Virus record (IMG/VR): IMGVR_UViG_3300022752_000020
Coordinates: 95,921 to 159,920 of that record
Reading direction: 5' to 3' (one strand)
DNA: 64,000 nucleotides
DNA from: a virus
Shown here: positions 32,531 to 43,338 of the stretch, in pieces
Layout of the letters: each line of letters begins with the position of its first letter
Numbering within the stretch: position 1 is the first letter of the stretch
The notes under the pieces: generated by a model
Seen by the model: only the letters and a program-made list of their open reading frames with translations
What the model was told of the DNA's origin: nothing
The model's database searches: none
Made by a program: the position numbers and the translations under genes

Positions 32531-33139
32531 ATGCAAAATAAAGAATTTGGCGGTATTCACGTAGAAGGGCACATTAAGATTTGGGATCCTGCATCACAAG
32601 AAATCTACATCAATAAAAGAAACGCCATTCATTATGAAAACATGAGTATAGCTCTCGCTAATAGTCTAGCTAATTCAGGCAGCGGATTTATTACTAAAAT
32701 GGTGTTTGGCAATGGCGGAACTGCTGTAGATCCTACCGGTATTATAACTTATCTTACCCCTAATACCACTGGTGTTAATGCAGATCTATACAATAAAACT
32801 TATAGTAAAGTGGTAGATGACTCTAGTAAAGATAACTTAGATCCTGTTAGAAATTACATAGAAACACGTCATGTCACTGGTACAACTTATACTGATGTTT
32901 TTGTAACATGTTTATTAGATTACGGTGAGCCAAACGGTCAGGAAGCTTTTGATAATACTACTGATAATAATAGTATATACACTTTTGATGAATTAGGACT
33001 GGTGACAGATAATGAATCAGGTGGGGAAAGATTACTAACTCATGTAATATTTCATCCTGTACAAAAAAGTTTGAATAGATTAATTCAAATTGATTATACA
33101 GTGAGAGTACAAAGTTTAACTGGGTTAATGGGCGAATAA
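32531..33139 (+). CDS. Virion structural protein (tail/baseplate)
   Basis: Located in the structural block; MVFGNGG and FDELGL...LLTHVIF resemble tail-fibre attachment proteins. Confidence 0.5.
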   Translation: MQNKEFGGIHVEGHIKIWDPASQEIYINKRNAIHYENMSIALANSLANSGSGFITKMVFGNGGTAVDPTGIITYLTPNTTGVNADLYNKTYSKVVDDSSKDNLDPVRNYIETRHVTGTTYTDVFVTCLLDYGEPNGQEAFDNTTDNNSIYTFDELGLVTDNESGGERLLTHVIFHPVQKSLNRLIQIDYTVRVQSLTGLMGE

Positions 33140-33140
33140 T

Positions 33141-35378
33141 ATGGCAAATACTACTGTAAATTTCACTGACCTAAGTAAAGCTCCTATACTAGTTGCAGAT
33201 GCTCAGATAAATGTCTCGGCAACTGATTTAACATTTATAGGTAAAAAATATCCAGAAAGTTATAGTAAAATTATAGCGGAAAATTTTTTACATCTTTTAG
33301 AAAATTTTGCTAGTAGTACTGAACCTGATAAGCCTGTTGAAGGACAACTTTGGTTTAACACTAATAGTCTACAAGAAGTGGACAGCGATGTTAGTGATGC
33401 TTCAAATAGTTTTGGTTTAAAAATATATGTAGGCAGTACTTGGTTACCATTAGGCATAATTAAAAAGGCAGCAGTTAGCCCCAGTAGTGGTAATTTAACA
33501 AGTTCAAACCTTAAAAAAGGTGACCTATATGTAGATACTAGTAAAAATCAATTATACATATATAATGGATCAGGCTATAGTCTTGTTGGCCCATTTTTTA
33601 ATAGTTTTGAAAAAACAGGTATAGAAGTTGAGGAAATTATTGATAGTGCAGACAATAGAGCTATCAGTGTTGTTACTTTTTTTATTAAAGCAAGACGTCT
33701 AGCAATTTTCAGTGATAAGTCATTTACACCAAAATTAATTTATGAAGGTTTTAAAATTATAAAACAAGGAGTAAATTTAAGCAATAGTACTTTTGATATA
33801 GATACTACATTTTGGGGTACTAGTGAAAAGGCTAAGAATCTTATAGTTGGGGATACAGTAGTTTTAGGTAATAATTTCCTAAGATCAGATGTAATCAGTA
33901 CAACTAATTTTGAATTTAATATTAGGTCAAATAAAGGTTTAAACTTAGGACCTGACGGTAGTTTTAATATTGCTAATGATAATACAGGTGCATTTCTTTA
34001 TAATAAGAATAGCGATAGTGATATAGATTTTAGGTTTAAACGTGCAGATAGTACTGATTCACAAACTGTAGTTCGTATAACTGGACGTAATAATGGCAGA
34101 GTCGGTATAAACAAAACTAATCCTCAAGAAGTATTAGATGTTACAGGTAACATACAGGCTACGGGAAATTTTTTAGGATCTAATCTTTTTGCTACTGGTA
34201 ATATAGAATTAGGTGGTAAATTAACAATTACAAATAATATTGAATTTGCTACCAGTCCAAATATTAATATAGGTAAAATTACAAATGTCAACGATATAAT
34301 ACCTAGACTAGGGGCAGATTTAGGGGCACAAGATAAAAAATGGGCCACAATATACGTTGATCGTATAGGTAGCCCTCAGCAATATCCGTTAATATATGGT
34401 AACATAGTTGCTAATCAATTAGTAGTAGGTGGCAATGGAAGAACGCAACTTGCAGTCGAAGATCTTACAAATAGCTCAACTACTATAAAAGTTCTTAGTA
34501 CTGCTGATTTTCCTTCAAGTGGAACTTTGATCATTGATAATGAAGAAATTACTTATACTAGTAAACTAAGTGATAGATTTACTGGAATTACAAGAGGTTC
34601 TTCGGCAGTTAATCATTCTATAGGAACATTTGTATTTCAAAAAACAGGAACCCAACAAAATTTTGGAACTATAGATGGATTGAGTAGAGGATTAAGTAGC
34701 CCGGTAACATTTGTTACCAGCAATGACAGTGATATTGTTTTTGAAGAATCAGGAACGGGTTTATCAAGTATAGCCTTTCAAAATGCAGGTCAATTAAAAA
34801 CTATCAAAACAAAGCTCAATACTAATTTTATTACTAGTAAGAATGTGGCTAATATTGTAAAAAACGAAGATCTTTTCTTAATTCAAGATCCTAGTGACAA
34901 TGCTTATTATAAAGTAAACAAGACCGCATTATCAAATAGCTTACCAACTATACCTGTAGGAACTATTATTTTATATACAGGATCACTTGCAAACATACCT
35001 GCTGGCTACTATCCCTGTGATGGTCGTGAACTTGTTAAAACATTTGATCAAAAACTATTTAATGTTATAAGATATAGGTTTAGAGCTGAAGCAGACTTAC
35101 CAAGTGCAGGCGGAACTGTGGATACTTTTTGTCTACCAGATTTAAGAAGTAGTGTCCCAAATTTTTATCCTAATCAATTATTGAAGGGGTTATCCTACGC
35201 AATTACAGATTTAGGAACAACTGATTGGAGCACATTAGGGTATACTGGGTTACTTGCACCGCAGGTGAATACGGTGTTTCTAGCCACTTGGAATGGTCCT
35301 ACACATCCAGGAACAGGCACAGGTCGTGCTAGGTTAGCAGACGGTCTACACTATATAATATTCACTGGAAACTTATAA
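33141..35378 (+). CDS. Tail fibre protein with tail-collar domain
   Basis: Shared N-terminal module LLENFA..P..GQLW; C-terminal PVGTIILY...IPAGYYPCDG...LF.VI...FCLPDLR collar motif. Confidence 0.75.
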   Translation: MANTTVNFTDLSKAPILVADAQINVSATDLTFIGKKYPESYSKIIAENFLHLLENFASSTEPDKPVEGQLWFNTNSLQEVDSDVSDASNSFGLKIYVGSTWLPLGIIKKAAVSPSSGNLTSSNLKKGDLYVDTSKNQLYIYNGSGYSLVGPFFNSFEKTGIEVEEIIDSADNRAISVVTFFIKARRLAIFSDKSFTPKLIYEGFKIIKQGVNLSNSTFDIDTTFWGTSEKAKNLIVGDTVVLGNNFLRSDVISTTNFEFNIRSNKGLNLGPDGSFNIANDNTGAFLYNKNSDSDIDFRFKRADSTDSQTVVRITGRNNGRVGINKTNPQEVLDVTGNIQATGNFLGSNLFATGNIELGGKLTITNNIEFATSPNINIGKITNVNDIIPRLGADLGAQDKKWATIYVDRIGSPQQYPLIYGNIVANQLVVGGNGRTQLAVEDLTNSSTTIKVLSTADFPSSGTLIIDNEEITYTSKLSDRFTGITRGSSAVNHSIGTFVFQKTGTQQNFGTIDGLSRGLSSPVTFVTSNDSDIVFEESGTGLSSIAFQNAGQLKTIKTKLNTNFITSKNVANIVKNEDLFLIQDPSDNAYYKVNKTALSNSLPTIPVGTIILYTGSLANIPAGYYPCDGRELVKTFDQKLFNVIRYRFRAEADLPSAGGTVDTFCLPDLRSSVPNFYPNQLLKGLSYAITDLGTTDWSTLGYTGLLAPQVNTVFLATWNGPTHPGTGTGRARLADGLHYIIFTGNL

Positions 35379-38300
35379 TGCCATATACATTGAATAAAAC
35401 TGATGGTACTATACTTACTGATTTATTAGATAACAGTGTTGATAGAACCACTACGGATCTAGCCCTAGTAGGTAAAAACACAGCTAATTATGGTGAATTA
35501 TTCAATGAAAATTTCATCAAACTTTTAGAAAATTTCGCCAGCGATCAAGAACCAAGAAGTCCTCTTAAAGGACAGTTATGGTTTGATACAAGTGAAGACA
35601 CATTAAAAATTTATACCGGTAATACCTTTATTGAGTTTGCTAGACCTATAGTATCCAGCTCAGAGCCAAATAATACCAGTGCAGGTGACTTTTGGTTTAA
35701 TTCAAATACAAGACAATTATTTTTCAACGATGGTAATGGTCTTAGACTAGCAGGACCAATTTACACAGCACAACAAGGAATAAGTGGTTTTGAAATTGCT
35801 ACAGTAGCAGATATTACAGGTATTACTCATGTTATAGCTAAACTAAAATTAGGAAATATTTTGGTAGGTATCTTTAGTGATTCAGCCTTTACTCCTAATT
35901 ACAGTGCAGGAGAAGGATTAAAACTTGCTAGTGAAAATGTAACAGGCGATATTATTAAAGGATTTACTCCTTTAAGTAATTTGTTTAAGTTTAACGTAAC
36001 AGTGGCCAGATCGGAAAGTTTAGTAGATGCTTTTGGCCAACCTATTAGTGTTGATGAATTTGTAAAAGTTACAGGTCAAAATACCATAGATGGTAGATTA
36101 ACTATAACAGGAACTAACACTAGCAGTCTCAGTGATTTATTGAATAAACCTTTAAGTTTAGGTTGGGGACCTAATCTAACATTTGAAATGGAACAACCTC
36201 CTAGTGGTGCAACTGTAACACCTCCTGTACGTTTAAGAATAAATCGTGCAGACCAAGATATTACAATTACCACAAAGAAAGGTACTGTATTTGAAGATGC
36301 AGTATATGTAAAGGCAGATACAAGTAGAGTCGGTATCTTTACAACAAGTCCCGGTACTACACTAGATGTCAATGGCGATCTCACAGTTAGAAATAATATC
36401 ATAGGTACAACTACTACATCCTTACTTGATGTAGGAACTGGTACAATAAATTTTGGTGGTGATGCTACAGATATTCAAATAGGTAGTACTACTGGGTTTA
36501 CAACCATTAATAACGATACAAAAGTTTTAGCAAAACTTATTATTAATAATCCTATTAGTTTAAATCCAGCTGTATTACAAAGTAATAATACTAAATTTAA
36601 TCTACTGAATACAAATACTACAGAAATTAATTTTGGTAGTGTGGCTGGTACAATTAATATAGGAGCGGCTAACGGCACTGTTACCTTCAACAATGATGTT
36701 GTAGTTACAGGGAATCATAAGATTGAAGGAGTTTTCAATGTAGATAACATAAGAATAAAAGATAATCAAGTTAATACTACCGGTGATTTTGATCTTGAAT
36801 TAGGTGCATTATTTCCTAATAGAGGTATAAAACTTATTGATGTAACATCTGCTCAAGAAGAATTTTTTATTGAAAAGCAACTTACATTTATAGGGAATAC
36901 CCTAAGAGTTGATCCAAGTTTTACTGGACCTTTTAATCTTCTAAATACAACTGTTCCGACCATTAATATAGGAGGTGAAACTTTAGCTATCAATATAGGT
37001 AACTCTCCAAGTCCTAATGCTAAAATTAATGCTCTTAGCAGATTACAAACATATAAAGATTTAATTATAGGAAATAGTGCAGGTGATCCTGGAGAAATTA
37101 AGAGTTCAGGGCTAAACACTAATTTATTTAATAATACTAGAATAATCAATATGGCACAAGAAGCTAGTGATATTAATATTTTTGGTGATGGCGGTGCAGG
37201 TAGTTTTGGTCATAGACAACCAATAAGAACTATGAGAATCAATGCTACAAGTGTTGTTATTGAAGGGGATTTAGAATTAAGAGGTGGTGATATAACTGCC
37301 ACATTACCTAGAGCAGGTATTTTTAGTAATGCACAACTTATTGAAATAGGAGATAATAGTACAACTATTATTTTAGGAGGTCCTAGTACTAATGTTGAAA
37401 TAGGAAACAGATTACAAGTAGGCAGTACAGGTAGTGTGTTCCTACAGTCAAGAACAGTTGGAGGTAAAATTAGAGGCGGCTTATTAGGTAGCAGTAATAT
37501 GGATGAATTCGAACTCATACCAGAGTTTGTGACCAATGTTTACATTAGTCCTAGTAGTGAAGAACTTCAATTAGGTCAAGGTCTACGATCTGAATTATAT
37601 TGGAGAACACCAGCTACAGCAGGAGGAGCAGGATGGAGTCCTAATCGATTTATTCCCGATGGATTTGATATTATTGGTGGAAATCCTGTTCAAAGATATA
37701 GAACTCAGTATCCAGTAACCATTAGCAGAAATAATCACTTGATTCGCGGTAAGTTGATGATGAGTGATAAGTCTTTATATTATCCCAATGCCATATTGTT
37801 TATGAATGAGTGGAACGAAGTAGTTTCTGTTAATAATATTCAAGCATTCGATACAGGAAGTTTAACACTTGGCGGTTCGTTAACAGTTAGTGGAATAATT
37901 AGCGGTCCTGGGGCAACACCTGCATATTTTAATAATATTAGAATAAATCAAACAGCTGAATTCGTAGGAAACTTAACCAGCACAACTGTTGCAAGTAAAA
38001 ATGTGTTTACAAGTAATGTAACAACCTTAAACATAGGTGGAACTCTTAACGGTGTAATTAATTTAGGCGGGTCAACAGGAACTACTAATATTCCAGGCAA
38101 GCTCAAGGTAGGTTGGAAACGAATTACAGCCAATTATGATGCATATGCAGGTGATAGATTACTAGTTGATACAGAGATCGCAGGTATCGAGCTAAGATTA
38201 CCACCTAGCGTAGGTAATCCAACTATACCAGTAGTTGGTGATCAAATTCAAATTATTGATGTTTGGAAATTCAATGTAAACGTAGTAGAATTAATCAGAA

Positions 38301-38416
38301 ATGGTAATAAGATTAACGGAGTAGATGCTAATGTTACGTTAAATCAAGCAGGAACAGCATTTACACTAGTATATACAGGCACTGAAAGAGGCTGGTGCTA
38401 TGATCATAAGGTTTAA
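35378..38416 (+). CDS. Tail fibre protein
   Basis: Same N-terminal module; Gly/Thr-rich beta repeats; C-terminal LRLP...GDQIQIID...RNGNKING...LVY...GW domain. Confidence 0.7.
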   Translation: MPYTLNKTDGTILTDLLDNSVDRTTTDLALVGKNTANYGELFNENFIKLLENFASDQEPRSPLKGQLWFDTSEDTLKIYTGNTFIEFARPIVSSSEPNNTSAGDFWFNSNTRQLFFNDGNGLRLAGPIYTAQQGISGFEIATVADITGITHVIAKLKLGNILVGIFSDSAFTPNYSAGEGLKLASENVTGDIIKGFTPLSNLFKFNVTVARSESLVDAFGQPISVDEFVKVTGQNTIDGRLTITGTNTSSLSDLLNKPLSLGWGPNLTFEMEQPPSGATVTPPVRLRINRADQDITITTKKGTVFEDAVYVKADTSRVGIFTTSPGTTLDVNGDLTVRNNIIGTTTTSLLDVGTGTINFGGDATDIQIGSTTGFTTINNDTKVLAKLIINNPISLNPAVLQSNNTKFNLLNTNTTEINFGSVAGTINIGAANGTVTFNNDVVVTGNHKIEGVFNVDNIRIKDNQVNTTGDFDLELGALFPNRGIKLIDVTSAQEEFFIEKQLTFIGNTLRVDPSFTGPFNLLNTTVPTINIGGETLAINIGNSPSPNAKINALSRLQTYKDLIIGNSAGDPGEIKSSGLNTNLFNNTRIINMAQEASDINIFGDGGAGSFGHRQPIRTMRINATSVVIEGDLELRGGDITATLPRAGIFSNAQLIEIGDNSTTIILGGPSTNVEIGNRLQVGSTGSVFLQSRTVGGKIRGGLLGSSNMDEFELIPEFVTNVYISPSSEELQLGQGLRSELYWRTPATAGGAGWSPNRFIPDGFDIIGGNPVQRYRTQYPVTISRNNHLIRGKLMMSDKSLYYPNAILFMNEWNEVVSVNNIQAFDTGSLTLGGSLTVSGIISGPGATPAYFNNIRINQTAEFVGNLTSTTVASKNVFTSNVTTLNIGGTLNGVINLGGSTGTTNIPGKLKVGWKRITANYDAYAGDRLLVDTEIAGIELRLPPSVGNPTIPVVGDQIQIIDVWKFNVNVVELIRNGNKINGVDANVTLNQAGTAFTLVYTGTERGWCYDHKV

Positions 38417-38424
38417 AATAAATA
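38417..38424 (+). promoter_or_regulatory. Late promoter box AATAAATA
   Basis: Upstream of the 38442 fibre gene. Confidence 0.5.
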
Positions 38425-38441
38425 GAGAAGAGGGGTGAAAA

Positions 38442-40271
38442 ATGCCATATAATATTAATAAATTTAACGGCACATTAGTTGCTACAGTAGAGGATGGAAC
38501 TGTAGATAATACCTTAGACATTAAGTTAGTAGGTAAAAACTATGCTGGTTATGGCGAAATTCAAAATGAAAATGCTGTTCATATGCTGGAAAACTTTGCT
38601 GGGCCTAGTCAACCCCCACGTAAGATTACAGGGCAACTTTGGTATGATAGTTTAGGTAAAAAATTAAAATTTTATGATGGAACACAGTTTAGAACTACTG
38701 GTGGAGCAGAAGTAGGCAATACACAGCCCAGCGGACTTAGTCAAGGTGACTTTTGGTTTAATACTAGTACTAATCAACTATTTGCTTGGGATGGGGATGA
38801 ATTTATTCTAGTTGGTCCACAGGCAGTAGAGGGAGCAGGTCAAACAGAATTACGCAGTGAAAGTGTAATAGATAATCAAAATATTTCTAGGCCCATAGTT
38901 AAAGCTCTAGTTAATAATAGTCCTGTGTTTATTATTAGCAATAATGAATTCATTCTAAAAAGTGATAGCCCATTGATAACAGATTTCCCAATGATAAAAA
39001 AGGGAATCACACTATCAAAAACAAGAAGCAGCGACGGAATCAGCCAAGAAAGTTGGCAGTTGTGGGGCACAGCCAGTAGCGCAAAAGGACTTGTTAATAC
39101 CGATGGAACATTGTTAACTGCTGCTAATTTTGTTAGATCAGGAAATGTTATATTTCCTACTGTAGTTAAATTCAATGATCCAGGATTTTTCCTAGGTGAC
39201 GATAACGATATAAGATTTCAAATTGATAATAATGTTCCTGTTCTTACAAGTAATACTGATGATGCTGGTTTAATTTTTAAGAGTAAATTAAGTTCAGCTA
39301 CTACTGCTAAAGTAACTGTTAAATTTTTAGGTAACGATATTTTGCCTGGAGCAGCAGACGTAAGTAGAATTGGTCTAAGTGGACAAAAATTTAGTGAAAT
39401 CTATGCCGGTACTTTTTATGGATCTTTAAATGGCACAGCTAATAGAGCAGATACTTTATTAGTAGAAGGTGGAACTTATAAGGGTGCTACAGCGGATGCA
39501 GACGCAGATACTATTGCTGTAAGAGATGCTCAAGGTAAACTTACTGCTAATGGATTTTTAGGCGAAGCAAGTAGAGCTGCTGCTATTACAGGCGGCACTG
39601 CTCAAAGTTTACTGATACAAACGGCAGCTAACACAACAGGGTTTTTAACTAAAGGTAGTGTAGGTACAGTGTTAAATGTCAACGCAACAGGTAATTTAGC
39701 ATGGGTTGATATCACAACTCTATTACCAACTAACGTAGCAGCTACTACATTAAATGTAGCCAATAATACAACAGCAGGTAATTATTTTCTAACATTTACA
39801 ACTGGTAGTAGTGGAGCCCAAAGTTTTAATGTACATGCAACAGGATTATTATATAATCCAGGGTCAAAAACAATAACTACTGATTATTTTTCCGGTGTAG
39901 CGGCCAATTCCAAATATGCTGACTTGGCAGAAAAATATCTTGCAGACAAAGACTATGAAATAGGAACAGTGATCATGGTGGGTGGGGAAAAGGAAGTTAC
40001 AGCAGCAATGACAGGATTCAAAGCTATTGGTGTTGTCAGTGCAAATCCAGCCTATTTGATGAATAGTGAGTTAGAAAATGGAACTGCTGTCGCTCTAAAA
40101 GGACGAGTACCCGTAAAAGTCGAAGGCTCAGTATTAAAGGGTCAAAGATTAGCTGCCAAAGATAATGGTGTTGCTATAGTAGATCATATAAATAGCTTTA
40201 ATGTATTTGCTATAGCTCTAGAATCATCTAATCATACAGGAATACAATTAGTTGAAGCTATAGTTTTATAA
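38442..40271 (+). CDS. Tail fibre protein with putative C-terminal chaperone/auto-cleavage domain
   Basis: Same N-terminal module; YADLAEKY...GVVSANPAYLMN...VALKGRVPVKV C-terminus. Confidence 0.7.
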   Translation: MPYNINKFNGTLVATVEDGTVDNTLDIKLVGKNYAGYGEIQNENAVHMLENFAGPSQPPRKITGQLWYDSLGKKLKFYDGTQFRTTGGAEVGNTQPSGLSQGDFWFNTSTNQLFAWDGDEFILVGPQAVEGAGQTELRSESVIDNQNISRPIVKALVNNSPVFIISNNEFILKSDSPLITDFPMIKKGITLSKTRSSDGISQESWQLWGTASSAKGLVNTDGTLLTAANFVRSGNVIFPTVVKFNDPGFFLGDDNDIRFQIDNNVPVLTSNTDDAGLIFKSKLSSATTAKVTVKFLGNDILPGAADVSRIGLSGQKFSEIYAGTFYGSLNGTANRADTLLVEGGTYKGATADADADTIAVRDAQGKLTANGFLGEASRAAAITGGTAQSLLIQTAANTTGFLTKGSVGTVLNVNATGNLAWVDITTLLPTNVAATTLNVANNTTAGNYFLTFTTGSSGAQSFNVHATGLLYNPGSKTITTDYFSGVAANSKYADLAEKYLADKDYEIGTVIMVGGEKEVTAAMTGFKAIGVVSANPAYLMNSELENGTAVALKGRVPVKVEGSVLKGQRLAAKDNGVAIVDHINSFNVFAIALESSNHTGIQLVEAIVL

Positions 40272-40284
40272 TCTTAAGGAATTT

Positions 40285-41049
40285 ATGTCAAAAATAGTAT
40301 TAGTAACTGGTGGGTTCGACCCCATCCATTCTGGTCATATACGTTATTTTGAACACGCAAAAACATTAGGTGATAAACTTATCGTTGGAATAAACAGCGA
40401 TGCTTGGTTAACAAGGAAAAAAGGTCGCCCTTTTATGCCAGCAAATGAACGTATGGATATAATTAGAAATCTACGTATGGTAGATTATGCATTCCAACAT
40501 AATGATGATGACGATAGTAGTTGTGATGCTATAAGACAAACACAACAAATGTTTCCTGGATATGAAATAATCTTTGCTAATGGTGGGGATCGTACAAAAG
40601 AAAACATTCCTGAAATGCGTATTCAAGATCCTAATGTAAAATTTGCTTTTTGTGTGGGTGGACAAGATAAAATAAATTCTAGTAGTTGGCTACTGGAAAA
40701 TTGGGCAGCACCGCGTACAGATAAAACTTGGGGATACTATAGGGTTATTTATGAAAATGGTCCAGAAACTAAAGTAAAAGAATTAGTCTGTAATCCACAT
40801 AGTAAATTAAGTTTACAAAGACATTTTGATCGTAAAGAATTTTGGTTTTTTATGGAAGGTGAGGGATATGTGAATACGCTCAATTCAAACGGTGAATTAG
40901 TACGGATGGGCCCGTATAAAGAATTTGATAGTTTGTTCATTAATTATGAAGAATGGCATCAACTGGTCAATGAAGGTGATGTTCCTATTAAAATTGTTGA
41001 AATTCAATACGGACACAATTGTGTCGAAGAAGATATTGAACGTAAATGA
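40285..41049 (+). CDS. HIGH-family nucleotidyltransferase fused to a cupin (mannose-6-phosphate isomerase type II-like) domain
   Basis: TGGFDPIHSGH, LIVGINSD and NGGDR, followed by WGYYRV...LSLQRH..RKEFW...WHQLVN...VEIQYG...EEDIER. Confidence 0.85.
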   Translation: MSKIVLVTGGFDPIHSGHIRYFEHAKTLGDKLIVGINSDAWLTRKKGRPFMPANERMDIIRNLRMVDYAFQHNDDDDSSCDAIRQTQQMFPGYEIIFANGGDRTKENIPEMRIQDPNVKFAFCVGGQDKINSSSWLLENWAAPRTDKTWGYYRVIYENGPETKVKELVCNPHSKLSLQRHFDRKEFWFFMEGEGYVNTLNSNGELVRMGPYKEFDSLFINYEEWHQLVNEGDVPIKIVEIQYGHNCVEEDIERK

Positions 41050-41723
41050 ACACAATTCCTATATTTATAGGCTATGATCCTAGAGAAGCCGTTGTCTTTC
41101 ATACATGTGCCAACAGCATAATTAGACAAAGTTCTAAGCCTGTTAGTATCATTCCTCTAGCTCTAAATTTATTTAAAGAATACGAAGAAACGCATAAAGA
41201 CGGTAGTAATGCCTTTATCTACAGTAGATTCTTAGTTCCTTATCTTACAGGTTATGATGGTTATGCTATCTATATAGATGGAGACATGATCATCAAGGGA
41301 GATATAGTAGAATTATGGAATCAAAGAGAAATAGGCTACGATGTTCAAGTAGTTAAGCACAACTACAAAACTAAGATGCCTATAAAATACTTAGGCAGCA
41401 AGAATGAAGATTATCCTAGAAAAAATTGGAGTAGTGTGATTATTTGGAACTGTTTTACAGTAGCAAATAGAATATTAACACCTGAATATGTAATGCAGGC
41501 CCCTGGAAGTCATCTACACAGATTTCAATGGTTAAAAGATGATATGATAGGTGAATTACCTAAAGATTGGAACTGGTTACCAGATGAATTAGGCCCAAAT
41601 CCTGACGCAAAACTTTTGCATTATACTTTAGGTGCACCATGCTTTAATGAATTTAAAAATACAGAAATGGCCAGTGACTGGCATAATGAATATAGTTTAA
41701 CTACCTATTGTCTACAAAAATAA
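41046..41723 (+). CDS. Glycosyltransferase (GT-A, GT8-like)
   Basis: IFIGYD, F.YSRFLVP, DGD (DxD), RKNWSS, WNWL, LLHYTLG.P. Confidence 0.8.
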   Translation: MNTIPIFIGYDPREAVVFHTCANSIIRQSSKPVSIIPLALNLFKEYEETHKDGSNAFIYSRFLVPYLTGYDGYAIYIDGDMIIKGDIVELWNQREIGYDVQVVKHNYKTKMPIKYLGSKNEDYPRKNWSSVIIWNCFTVANRILTPEYVMQAPGSHLHRFQWLKDDMIGELPKDWNWLPDELGPNPDAKLLHYTLGAPCFNEFKNTEMASDWHNEYSLTTYCLQK

Positions 41724-41756
41724 TGCATCAATAAATACTCTATTAAGGGGTATATT

Positions 41757-42530
41757 TTGAATATAGCATGGACAGGTCTAGCAGACTCTGTATATTATCA
41801 CTACATAGCAAAATATTGCTTACCTTCTTGGCAAACTTTACCAGGTAATAAATTTATAGTTCACGATGCAGCAGATATATCCTTGTCTAATATAGAAATT
41901 GTAGATTGGAACAAAATTTATAACAAAAATAATACTTTCACTAAGAAATATCAACGAACTAAGCCTTTAAATTTTTGGCGTAAGATGCAAAGCCAGATAT
42001 GGGCACTTAAAAGTCTTACCAACTATGATTTCGTTATCTTATTAGATACAGATGTAGAAATTACCGGTATTAATATGAATATTCTTAATGATACCTTCAG
42101 AGAGCTTAAAAATTCAAATTATATATGGGCCATAGGCCAGAGTCAGAAAAATAAGTTGGATGCTGGACATATTATAGTAAATATGAATCATCAGCAGGTG
42201 AAAAGATTGATTTTTGACTATGAAGAGGTTTGGGAAAGTGGTAAAATATTCGAATTTAGACGATTTTATGATGGTAATGCCATAGAGTACCTACAAGAAC
42301 ATTATCCTAGTATAAAAATTAATAATATTGACCATGGTGGAGGACTACATACTTATGAATTGGGAACTGTGCATTATGGTAGCAAATTTCCTAAAATATT
42401 AAGGGCTTTATACTCTGGAAATTACGAAAATATGGTTAATTTTATCATAAATGAAAAAAATAGGTTAATCCGTGAGCAAATTCCTATAGAAGAATTAGAA
42501 AAGAGAAAAAATGAAACAAATTACGTTTAA
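41757..42530 (+). CDS. Putative glycosyltransferase (GT-A-like)
   Basis: ILLDTD DxD motif; within the glycan cluster; AATAAATA box at 41730-41737. Confidence 0.5.
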   Translation: MNIAWTGLADSVYYHYIAKYCLPSWQTLPGNKFIVHDAADISLSNIEIVDWNKIYNKNNTFTKKYQRTKPLNFWRKMQSQIWALKSLTNYDFVILLDTDVEITGINMNILNDTFRELKNSNYIWAIGQSQKNKLDAGHIIVNMNHQQVKRLIFDYEEVWESGKIFEFRRFYDGNAIEYLQEHYPSIKINNIDHGGGLHTYELGTVHYGSKFPKILRALYSGNYENMVNFIINEKNRLIREQIPIEELEKRKNETNYV

Positions 42531-43338
42531 TAACTTTACTATAGACAATTCAAGTCCCATAAAGGTGATTGCAGGACCTTGCCAAATAGAAAGTAGAGAG
42601 CATGCCTATCAAATAGCCGCAGAATTACTAGATATTTGTAGAGACTTAGGTATGGACTTAATTTTTAAGAGTAGTTTTGATAAGGCCAATAGATCAAGCA
42701 TCAATGGACGTCGTGGAGTAGGTCTACATAAAGGATTGAGCATACTTAATGAAATAAAAACTAAATTAAGTGTGCCTGTACTAACAGATATACATGAAAA
42801 GGAACATGCCAAACTGGCACTAGCATATGAAATTGATGTTATTCAGATTCCTGCCTTTCTTTGTCGCCAAACTGACTTATTGATAGCAGCAGGTGGGACT
42901 GGATTGGTTATTAACGTGAAGAAAGGCCAATTCTTAGCCCCTCATGATATGAAAAATGTAGCAGAGAAGATAGCCAGTACTGGAAATCATAACATTATGT
43001 TATGTGAAAGAGGATATACTCATGGATATAACAATTTGGTGGTCGATATGCGTAGTTTGCCTATTATGGCCGGTACTGGTTACCCTGTCGTGTTCGATTG
43101 TACTCATTCAGTCCAACAGCCTGGAGGATTGGGTTCCTCTTCTGGCGGGGATCGCGGGATGGTCCCATATCTCGCCCGAGCAGCAGTAGCAACAGGCTGT
43201 TTAGCCGGCGTTTTCATCGAATGCCATGATGATCCAGACAACGCTCCCAGTGATGGACCTAACATGATTAAGATGGAAGATATGTCTAACCTACTGAAAA
43301 GCTTGAAAGAAATAGATGATCTTGTAAAAAAATTGTGA
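42511..43338 (+). CDS. kdsA: 3-deoxy-D-manno-octulosonate 8-phosphate synthase
   Basis: IAGPCQIES, KSSFDKANRSS, QIPAFLCRQTDLL, NVKKGQF, CERG, FDCTHSVQQPG, SDG. Confidence 0.95.
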   Translation: MKQITFNNFTIDNSSPIKVIAGPCQIESREHAYQIAAELLDICRDLGMDLIFKSSFDKANRSSINGRRGVGLHKGLSILNEIKTKLSVPVLTDIHEKEHAKLALAYEIDVIQIPAFLCRQTDLLIAAGGTGLVINVKKGQFLAPHDMKNVAEKIASTGNHNIMLCERGYTHGYNNLVVDMRSLPIMAGTGYPVVFDCTHSVQQPGGLGSSSGGDRGMVPYLARAAVATGCLAGVFIECHDDPDNAPSDGPNMIKMEDMSNLLKSLKEIDDLVKKL

